Positions 1 through 6,980 of a DNA stretch of 23,544 bases are shown one piece after another. Each line of letters starts with the position of its first letter. Position 1 is the stretch's first letter. Made by a program: the position numbers and the translations under genes. The notes under the pieces are model-generated. The model was not told the DNA's origin. It saw only the letters and a program-made list of their open reading frames with translations, and did no database searches. Origin of the DNA: Fidelibacterota bacterium (GTDB taxonomy: Bacteria > Fidelibacterota > Marinisomatia > Marinisomatales > UBA2128); contig JBHHUM010000033.1 of the NCBI GenBank assembly GCA_046861645.1, positions 1 through 23,544 of the forward strand. Reading direction: 5' to 3'.

Positions 1-20
1 AAAATATTCTCAGGGTAAAT

Positions 21-157
21 CGTTATTCGGTGTTCGGTTACGAAGCCCGTAACGGCTATCGGTATTCGGTATCCGGTATTCGGCTGTCACCTTCACTCTA
101 TTCCCAGTGGCTCCAATGTCTAACGTATGACGAAATACGAACTACGAAGGACCATAC
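21..157. repeat. Degenerate heptamer tandem repeats in two oppositely oriented arrays
   Basis: CGTTATT CGGTGTT CGGTTAC (21-41), CGGTATT CGGTATC CGGTATT (60-80) and ACGTATG ACGAAAT ACGAACT ACGAAGG ACCATAC (123-157). Confidence 0.6.
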
Positions 158-198
158 GGGCCTCTTCAACGATAAACGAATGTCATTTAACATTCTTT

Positions 199-459
199 TC
201 AATTGAGCTCAACATGATACCCCACTTTCGTTTTATCTGCTGTCCATAACTGCAGCAACCTGGTGACATGTTGGCTATAATGAGGATCACGGTTTACAAA
301 AAGGTCGAGGTCATCCGAATACCGATAGGAAAGGTAATAACGGCTAAGTGCTGTACCACCGGTTAGAAAAAAGGGTGTCCCGGACTTCCTCACGGTATCC
401 AGAATCCCATTTTGTAAAGGATAAAGGATTCCCTCGTAGTATGTTGCGTAGTCGCTCAT
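199..459 (-). pseudogene. Truncated AbiEii/DUF1814-family nucleotidyltransferase toxin (type IV TA)
   Basis: Carries the family motif FFLTGGTALSRYYLSYRYSDDLDLF but stops after 86 aa; members are usually over 200 aa. No continuation found in any frame downstream. Confidence 0.75.
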
Positions 460-727
460 TTTTATCTCTCAGACTTGCCAAACGGACTTGACTGATAGCG
501 TCACTGGTCAGGTATTCCGTAAGAGCTTCCCTGCCCAGCAATTCCAGCAACTCATGCCAACTCAATTGTTCCAGCATCCTGACAAACAGAGGTTCAAAAT
601 CACAATGCCCGGCGTGCGCTCTTTCCCCCGTGATTACCGCATAAATGTCGTCAAGTGGTATTTCATAATCCCAATTGAGGCGTTTCAGGATCCGGTATGT
701 ATCTTCTGATAACTTTTTATTACTCAT
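344..727 (-). CDS. Small helical partner (putative antitoxin) of the AbiEii-like gene
   Basis: LNWDY...LFVRMLEQLSWHELLELLG pattern resembles small proteins found upstream of AbiEii NTases. ATG at 727 (MSNKK) preferred over GTG at 796. Overlaps the toxin start by 116 nt. Confidence 0.6.
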   Translation of the reverse strand: MSNKKLSEDTYRILKRLNWDYEIPLDDIYAVITGERAHAGHCDFEPLFVRMLEQLSWHELLELLGREALTEYLTSDAISQVRLASLRDKNERLRNILRGNPLSFTKWDSGYREEVRDTLFSNRWYST

Positions 728-875
728 CTTTCTATCTGGATATCCAGTAAATGTGGGTATCAGGCTTTTTTGCCGCATTATCCACAGGGCACGCACAGCC
801 TCTTAGCCAGTAGGCGAGCCTGTGTCCTTCGTAGCTCCTGTGGAGAAAAAGTGTTGTACATTTTTCGTAATGATT

Positions 876-1261
876 TCACCGGTTCTTTAACCGTTCAAAC
901 ACATTTTTTGTGACCGGTAGATACGAGGGACATTTTTCATAAATACTTTTTGCCTGTTCTTCATTATATGTATGGGCAAGCATATTTCTGGATTCAATCA
1001 TGTCGATAAAAATATCTTCCTCTTCAATCAGGTCAAGTGCGAATGCTTCCTTGAATACCTGACGTGGCGAAACAGCCCGAATACCATGTACCTCTTCTTA
1101 AAGTTTTTCACAGTTTTCCACAGCAGCTCATAGGTGAGTTCAAAGCGCTGAATAGATGCATCCCGGACAATGGGTGTTTCCAGCTCTTGCAACGCCTCGT
1201 CGAGCTGACTTATTGCTTTCCCCAGGTTTTCCAGATTTCTATTAAGTCTCTGAGAACTCAA
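876..1261 (-). pseudogene. hepT: HI0074-family HEPN ribonuclease toxin (HepT-like), frameshifted
   Basis: N-terminal half contains RDASIQRFELTYELLWK. After a 1-nt shift at about 1098-1099 the other frame reads EEVHGIRAVSPRQVFKEAFALDLI...ESRNMLAHTYNEEQA...KNR* (TGA at 878-876), including the R-X4-H-X-Y HEPN motif. Confidence 0.85.
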
Positions 1262-1554
1262 TGTGCTATTTCTTCAGCCTGCTTCAACGCTACAGTTTTA
1301 AACTCATCACTTACTGATGCAAAATCAATAAAATCAATTTTCAGAAGTGTGGGTATTTCATCAACTCTTTCTTTAATAGACTGCATCTGCCCAGCAGTTA
1401 AGGGGCTATCAGGTAAAATACCTATATCAATATCTGCCTTCTCATCAGGCGAATCGTTGGCTCTTGAGCCAAATAGATAGAGTTGATAAGCCGTACTCAC
1501 CTCTTCTTGCACTATTTGGGTAATTTTGTCGATTATCAGTGAAATATCAGTCAT
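1258..1554 (-). CDS. mntA: Minimal nucleotidyltransferase (MNT) antitoxin, MntA-like
   Basis: 98 aa with YLFGSRA...ADIDIGI (GS-X10-DXD) and KIDFIDF; ATGA overlap couples it to the HEPN gene. Confidence 0.85.
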   Translation of the reverse strand: MTDISLIIDKITQIVQEEVSTAYQLYLFGSRANDSPDEKADIDIGILPDSPLTAGQMQSIKERVDEIPTLLKIDFIDFASVSDEFKTVALKQAEEIAH

Positions 1555-1621
1555 ATTTCGAAGTCATTGATACCTGGAGAGTCTCCCTTGGAAGGGAAAG
1601 TGCCGGATAATTAATATATCA

Positions 1622-4600
1622 CTAACCACCTGTACCAGATCCACTAGTAGCTAAGAATATTATCGCCACCACTTGGGCCAGGTCGGCCAGGATGGACGCT
1701 ATCTCCTTGGCAAATTCGGTCTTATCAAACGGCTCTTCCTCCGGCTCCCGACTGACGGTGATAATGGAACCATCCATCACCCGGGGACTGATCAGGGTCA
1801 GGGGATTAATTTTATGGGAGTCGCCATTGGGGTACTGCACCCATACATTCCAGCGGTCGGCATCCGGGGTGTACCCCCCGGCCACATCGATATAGTAACT
1901 GAGCCGCTTCCCCGGTACATACTTTCGGATACCCGGGTTATTGACTTCCCCATTAACAAACACCAGGTTAGGTTGTGGCTCAATCACGATTTCATCCCCA
2001 TCCTGTACCTGAAAATTGAGATCCGAGCGCGGATTGTGGATAATGTCCTCAAATGACATCTGGATCGACTGCCCCTGCCGGGTAAAGCGGGAGGCTTCCG
2101 GATATGCTTCCGGTCGCAACCCCCCAGCCCTCTCGATGATATCCGTAATTTTTTCGTCAGGCGACAGGATAGTATAGCTCCCGGGGTACATAACTTCTCC
2201 CGTAATGGTCACTTGCCGTTGCAGGCTGAAGTAGGGATCAGGCCGTATAGAGACCACATCATAAGGTTGCAGCAGAAAACCGTCCTGCGGCGGCGGGTCA
2301 CTACCGGGGTTGTGGGATTCTCCTGCAGTGACTTCAGAAACGTGAAATTTTTCATCCATGGAGAGGGTGACCACTTCAGCGTACCTGTCCAGACTCTTAT
2401 TTTCTGGATCGATGCGGGCCACTTCCACTTTATAACGGTAAACGTTGGCATCCACCCCGCCAGCTTCCAGGATCAGATCTTTCAGACTCATCCCGGTTTT
2501 GAGATCGTACCGCCCCGGGTTCTGCACGACTCCTTCAATAGTCACCGGTTTGACAGCATTGAAGACGGTCTGGGCGTAAACCCTGACGATATCATCCGGC
2601 TCCAATTCCAAATTCTGAGGACTGGCAGGATGGTCCAGAACTTCTCCCAAATTAAAGGGGATGACGGTCCGAGTGATGCGATCTTCATCGAGGCGGAGAA
2701 GGTCGGCCCGGCCTAAAAATGTAGTGCTCTTGAAGACCGGATCATCCAATCCTCCAGCTTGAAACAGGAGATCGTACAGAGTCATATTCTCTTCAAACAG
2801 TTCGTAGCGGCCTGGACGTTTCACTTGGCCTTCAATGGTAACATACTTCGTTGTACCTTCAATTTCAGCTATAGAGTATATGCGCACCGAATCATCGGGC
2901 CTCAACAGTAAATCTGCCATCCCTTTTTTATTTAATACCTCTCCCAGATTGAAAGGTATAATCTCCTTGGTGACACTGTCTTCCTTCACACGTACCAGCT
3001 CAGCGCGTTGTAGATAAGTCTGCTTCCGAAATTCCTCGTCTATAAAACCGCCCCCCTTGAAAATCAGATCAAAGAGGGTCATCTCTTCCAATAGAGGATA
3101 TCTCCCCGGTTGCTTCACGTGACCCTCAAGAGAGACCCGGTGTACGGGTATCATCTCCGATAAACTGTAGATTTTTACCCGATCCAAGGGCTGGAGGAGG
3201 ATATCCTGTTCCCGGTCACCCGCTAACGCTTTACCGAGGTCCACCTTGATCAGCTCTTCGCGCAAATCTTCCCGTAAACGGATGATATCGGCCCGCTCCA
3301 GATAGGCATCCCCTAAAAGACTGTCCGCCTGTCTGATTAACGCACTCAACCGAAGGGAGTCCCCTAAGTCGTAGACACCAGGCCGCTCTACGGAGGCGCC
3401 GGTAATGGTCACCACGTTCTGGCGGATATCGAGGACGGAGAAAAGTTGTACCTGATCGCCATCCTGCAGATCAAAGGTCTTTCCCTGGTAAAGCACTTCA
3501 TTCAAATCCACATCCACCAGGATTCGGTCCATATCCAGTTCATCCCGCTTCTCGAACGGGACCACCCGATCCACCTGAACCCGATCCAAATAGGCTGTGG
3601 TCCGCAGTCCCCCGGCAATGGTCAGCAGACTCTCCAGGGTTTCACCCTCCTGCAGTTCGTAGATGGCGGGTCTTTTGATCTCCCCCTGAATGGATACGGT
3701 CTTTTTCCGGGGAGGAATGAAGATGACATCGTCTAACTGCAAGCGGACATCCCCCACGGGTTTACCGGTTAAGAGATAGTCATAGAAATCGATACTGGCC
3801 ACCTGCTGGCCGCCCCGGATCAGTCGTATATCACGGAGGGAACCGAGTCGGGTGGGACCCCGAAAATAATATAAGGAGGTAAACAGGGTCGTTGTGGGAT
3901 TGACGGCATAGGCACCCGGCTGGGCTACTTCGCCCAATACCATGATACGCAAGGGACGCAATGTACCAAGACTCACATCCATATAGGTGGTGGCCTTACC
4001 GCTGGGAGGATCCAAGGAAGCGTAAGCCTGGGAAAGCAGTCGGAATAACTTGGTCTCTAAGTCACCTAAGATCAGACCATTCACAAAAACCTGTCCAATT
4101 TCCGGGATAAAGATGAACCCCTCCCGGTCTACATTAAATACCTGCCGGAACTGGGTTTCACCCCATAGCATAATAATGATTTCATCACCAGGACCAATAT
4201 TGTAGTAGGGATCAATAGCCCCGAATTTTGAGGCCTGAAAGGCTTCCGGATCCCCCTGAAATATATCATAGCCAAAATAGGGGAGTGGTTGTCGTGAGGG
4301 TTGCTGCTGACTTTCCAGGGCGACTTCTTCTATCTCCTCCAGTCTCTCTTCAGCCGTTACTGCCTGCTCCTCAGCTGGTAATCCTGTAACCCCTTCTTCA
4401 CCAGGAGTCATCACCGCCTCACTAGGAAGAGCCTCCACAGGTTCTACTACCGGCTGTTTAGCTTCCCCTTCCTCCTTGGTAAGGCCCCTTTTCTTCAGCT
4501 CAGCTTCAATTTGTGCTTCGGTCATCCCTCGTTGCCGAGCCATTTCTTTGGCCTGAGTTTCCGTAACACCAGCCTCTTTAGCTTTTTTCTTCAACTCCTG

Positions 4601-4660
4601 TGTAGATTGCCCAATCAGTAGAGTACAGGCAAGAATCATCAAGAATAGAACTTTTCTCAT
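1622..4660 (-). CDS. Polysaccharide export protein with Poly_export domain and about 8 SLBB repeats (KpsD/Wza-like)
   Basis: Signal peptide; YFGYDIF...YNIGPGDEIIIMLWG...VDREGFIFIPEIG Poly_export motif; eight V-x-x-x-G-x-V-x-x-PG-x-Y type SLBB starts; C-terminal amphipathic helix. Confidence 0.9.
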   Translation of the reverse strand: MRKVLFLMILACTLLIGQSTQELKKKAKEAGVTETQAKEMARQRGMTEAQIEAELKKRGLTKEEGEAKQPVVEPVEALPSEAVMTPGEEGVTGLPAEEQAVTAEERLEEIEEVALESQQQPSRQPLPYFGYDIFQGDPEAFQASKFGAIDPYYNIGPGDEIIIMLWGETQFRQVFNVDREGFIFIPEIGQVFVNGLILGDLETKLFRLLSQAYASLDPPSGKATTYMDVSLGTLRPLRIMVLGEVAQPGAYAVNPTTTLFTSLYYFRGPTRLGSLRDIRLIRGGQQVASIDFYDYLLTGKPVGDVRLQLDDVIFIPPRKKTVSIQGEIKRPAIYELQEGETLESLLTIAGGLRTTAYLDRVQVDRVVPFEKRDELDMDRILVDVDLNEVLYQGKTFDLQDGDQVQLFSVLDIRQNVVTITGASVERPGVYDLGDSLRLSALIRQADSLLGDAYLERADIIRLREDLREELIKVDLGKALAGDREQDILLQPLDRVKIYSLSEMIPVHRVSLEGHVKQPGRYPLLEEMTLFDLIFKGGGFIDEEFRKQTYLQRAELVRVKEDSVTKEIIPFNLGEVLNKKGMADLLLRPDDSVRIYSIAEIEGTTKYVTIEGQVKRPGRYELFEENMTLYDLLFQAGGLDDPVFKSTTFLGRADLLRLDEDRITRTVIPFNLGEVLDHPASPQNLELEPDDIVRVYAQTVFNAVKPVTIEGVVQNPGRYDLKTGMSLKDLILEAGGVDANVYRYKVEVARIDPENKSLDRYAEVVTLSMDEKFHVSEVTAGESHNPGSDPPPQDGFLLQPYDVVSIRPDPYFSLQRQVTITGEVMYPGSYTILSPDEKITDIIERAGGLRPEAYPEASRFTRQGQSIQMSFEDIIHNPRSDLNFQVQDGDEIVIEPQPNLVFVNGEVNNPGIRKYVPGKRLSYYIDVAGGYTPDADRWNVWVQYPNGDSHKINPLTLISPRVMDGSIITVSREPEEEPFDKTEFAKEIASILADLAQVVAIIFLATSGSGTGG

Positions 4661-4808
4661 AATCTCATCCCCTTACCTCAATAGAAAGTGTATGAATAAA
4701 CGGTCAATGTGGACATAACATACACACTCTGTTTTACTTCTTGGGGAGATTCTACACAAATTATTCACTAATTCGCAACGATTAGTTATATTTACCCTTA
4801 ACAATTAC

Positions 4809-4904
4809 GGCGGTGGGATCTCAACGATAACCAGTTCGCCGGGGTCAGCGAAAGACCGGTTATGACCTTCCGGGGATGGGGAGGCTTGAAGACCCCAAGC
4901 CGCC
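4809..4904. ncRNA. Candidate structured RNA element (family and strand unknown)
   Basis: GC-rich island in AT-rich intergenic DNA. Nested pairings on the minus strand: GGCGG/CCGCC, TGGGGTC/GATCCCA, TCAA/TTGA, ATAACCGG/CTGGTTAT, TTCGC/GCGAA. Confidence 0.4.
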
Positions 4905-5470
4905 ATTTTAATTCTCCAAATCGTGTTAAATACTTCAATAATAGCTGCTTTAAATATTAGATCAGCGAAGAGGGTAAATAGATTGAATTCTAAGGCTATG
5001 TTCTAAAGATAAACTGATTTGCATCTTGTTTACATCACCCTGTTGAACTCTGACAGAGTTCGTGTTTACCGTGTTCAGTGCCTTTATAGACATACAATCT
5101 CCCGACATGAAGTACGGGACTGTAAGCCTACGGGATTTCTATTCATATTTCAAGACTCCGTTAGACTTCAAAGGTCTATAACCTCTAATCATAATAGATC
5201 GCCAACGCTACCTGCCCTGCTTGCCCGGTAATGAGGAACACCAGCCCCGTAGGGAACGGAGTGACTGTATCGGGGAGTGTATCAGGGTAAGGAGCTGGTG
5301 ACTGAACGGAGTAGGTGTTGAATGTTTTTTTTATGTCTAATTCAGTAAGTTTATGGAACATAGCCGATTCTAATACAGTGAAGTTGTCAGCAGTACAAAG
5401 CTCCGCCCCGTCACTTACATTCCGGCCTTGCCGGAACGAGTGTAGAGGCACTATATAGGAAACGATTGCT

Positions 5471-5539
5471 AAATAAAGAAAAAGGTATTGACTGCCGTAT
5501 TACCGTCTGTTTAAACGGTAATACCCGCAATCATACCTT
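5471..5539 (-). terminator. Long hairpin followed by U-rich tract, intrinsic-terminator-like
   Basis: Perfect 10-bp core GTATTACCGT/ACGGTAATAC (5497-5506/5515-5524), extended by AAGGTA/TACCTT; the minus strand continues TTTCTTTATTT. Confidence 0.55.
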
Positions 5540-5684
5540 CAGGTAATATTTCCTATAACTTGTCTTTCCATCCCCGGATATAATGATTCCCAGTTTCACT
5601 CCCACTAAAACTAAGCTTTTCCATGAATTAATTTCAAGGAAAAACTGTACAAGGAAATCTTAATACCTCCTATCCTCAAATTGC

Positions 5685-5700
5685 TGTGATGAAAATCACA
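5685..5700. promoter_or_regulatory. CRP-family binding box (perfect TGTGA-N6-TCACA)
   Basis: TGTGA-TGAAAA-TCACA. A minus-strand -10-like TAAGAT (5662-5657) starts 30.5 nt from the box centre, close to class II spacing. Confidence 0.6.
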
Positions 5701-5793
5701 ACCTGAAAAATATGTTGTACCTACGTCGGCAAAAGTGACTGTCCCCGTTAGGGGTCACACTACACTTTGGTTGTCAATTAAACCCGAATGCAT

Positions 5794-5822
5794 TTGTCAT
5801 TCCACTTCCAGCACGGTAATTT
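5794..5822 (+). promoter_or_regulatory. Putative sigma70 promoter for tRNA-Lys(CTT)
   Basis: TTGTCA-17 nt-TAATTT, ending 25 nt upstream of the tRNA. Confidence 0.5.
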
Positions 5823-5847
5823 TGGCAGCCTTTTTCGAATGCTTTTG

Positions 5848-5921
5848 GCGCCAGTAGCTCAACCAGGTAGAGCAGCGGACTCTTAATCCGTTGGTTGGGG
5901 GTTCGATTCCTCCCTGGCGCA
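5848..5921 (+). tRNA. tRNA-Lys (anticodon CTT)
   Basis: Acceptor stem GCGCCAG/CTGGCGC, D-arm AGCTCAACCAGGTAGAGC, anticodon arm GCGGA-CTCTTAA-TCCGT, T-loop GGTTCGATTCC; CCA not encoded. Confidence 0.97.
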
Positions 5922-6102
5922 CTTTTGTGGAGACCCCGGCGCTTGTTGGGAGTTCCCTGCTGGCTACCCAGGGATAGGGTGGGTAGGAATTTCTCTCGGG
6001 CACGTGCCAACCACGGATGGAATCTAAAGAGTAATTGAAGTCATATTTCGGGTTGTCCGCAAAGCACAGCATAAGCAATTTTAGAAAGAGAGAGACATTA
6101 AC

Positions 6103-6642
6103 ATGAATTCGAGCCTACAAGCTAAATTACTGGTTGCGGTTCCTCAACTGGTGGGGCCCTTTTTCACCAAGAGTGTAATTTTTATTCTCGATAACAGCCC
6201 TGAGGGCAGTACCGGAATAGTGCTCAATCACCCGACAGACCACACTTTAGCTGAACTGAATGAAACCCTCCAGGCCAGCCGACGAAAGGATGATCGACTT
6301 TACCTTGGAGGACCGGTAGATCCGACCGTCGCTCTCATCATTCACAACGATACCTATCAAGGCCCAGATACCAAACCTGTAACTACCGGTTTGGCGTTGA
6401 GTACCACCCTGGAGAGTATCCAGGTCATGGCTGAAAGTAGCAGTCTTCCCTTCCGTTGCTTTATGGGTTACGCCGGTTGGGCTCCCCAGCAACTGGAAGG
6501 TGAAATAGCCAAAGGATCCTGGCTCCTGAATCCCCTGATTCCCGAGCTCCTGTTCTCCGATCAGACCGCCACTATGTGGGAAACCGTTCTGGGTAAGATG
6601 GGACTTGATCCGCTCACCATAGGTCCCGGTGCATTCGACTAA
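6103..6642 (+). CDS. yqgE: YqgE/AlgH family protein (UPF0301)
   Basis: LLVAVPQL..PFFTKSVIFI...GSTGIVLNHP, LYLGGPV and FMGYAGWAPQQLEGEI..GSW motifs; 179 aa. Confidence 0.93.
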   Translation: MNSSLQAKLLVAVPQLVGPFFTKSVIFILDNSPEGSTGIVLNHPTDHTLAELNETLQASRRKDDRLYLGGPVDPTVALIIHNDTYQGPDTKPVTTGLALSTTLESIQVMAESSSLPFRCFMGYAGWAPQQLEGEIAKGSWLLNPLIPELLFSDQTATMWETVLGKMGLDPLTIGPGAFD

Positions 6643-6843
6643 AAAAGACCTGCTTCCCAGTCAATTATTTGCTCGCCTCAAAAGTATCGACCAGCAAGGA
6701 TTTTTCTAAAAAAGATTCCTCAGCAGCTACATTTTCACGTGGTGGAACGCGTCAACAAGACTAAATTCTCAGCCCCTAAATGAGGACATCAGGGGGAAGA
6801 AATGATCGGTTACACCTGCGCTTGTAGTTCGTTGAAAAGATTT

Positions 6844-6916
6844 GTGCCCGTAGCTCAGTCGGTAGAGCAGCGGCCTTTTAAGCCGTTGGTCGCAGGTTCG
6901 AACCCTGCCGGGCACA
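6844..6916 (+). tRNA. tRNA-Lys (anticodon TTT)
   Basis: Acceptor stem GTGCCCG/CGGGCAC, D-arm AGCTCAGTCGGTAGAGC, anticodon arm GCGGC-CTTTTAA-GCCGT, T-loop GGTTCGAACC; CCA not encoded. Confidence 0.97.
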
Positions 6917-6980
6917 CACATTCTTATTTAAGTTATGTTGCATAACAGTCGCTGTTACGGATTTGAGTTAAGAGCGGAAT

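Noticed and set aside
142..834. 11-bp inverted repeats (CTACGAAGGAC / GTCCTTCGTAG) bracketing the AbiE-like module as transposon ends
   Set aside because: Short enough to arise by chance; no transposase and no evident target duplication.
1098..1110. Programmed -1 frameshift at G AAA AAC in hepT
   Set aside because: The -1 frame hits TAA (1100-1098) right after the slippery-looking site, so it cannot restore the protein; a 1-nt deletion or sequencing error fits better.
4809..4905. tRNA-Sec, SRP RNA or ops/JUMPstart identity for the structured element
   Set aside because: No T-loop or cloverleaf; CCGGAAGG lacks the flanking SRP CAGG...AGCAG motif; GGCGGTGG is on the wrong strand and is not GGCGGTAG.
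5019..6078. Short ORFs 5019-5231, 5185-5451, 5774-6010 and 5797-6078
   Set aside because: No recognisable motifs or RBS; two are antisense to the tRNA.
6917..6960. Integrative element attachment site after tRNA-Lys(TTT), with small palindrome GTTATG-TTG-CATAAC
   Set aside because: No integrase and no second copy of the tRNA 3' end seen in the window.
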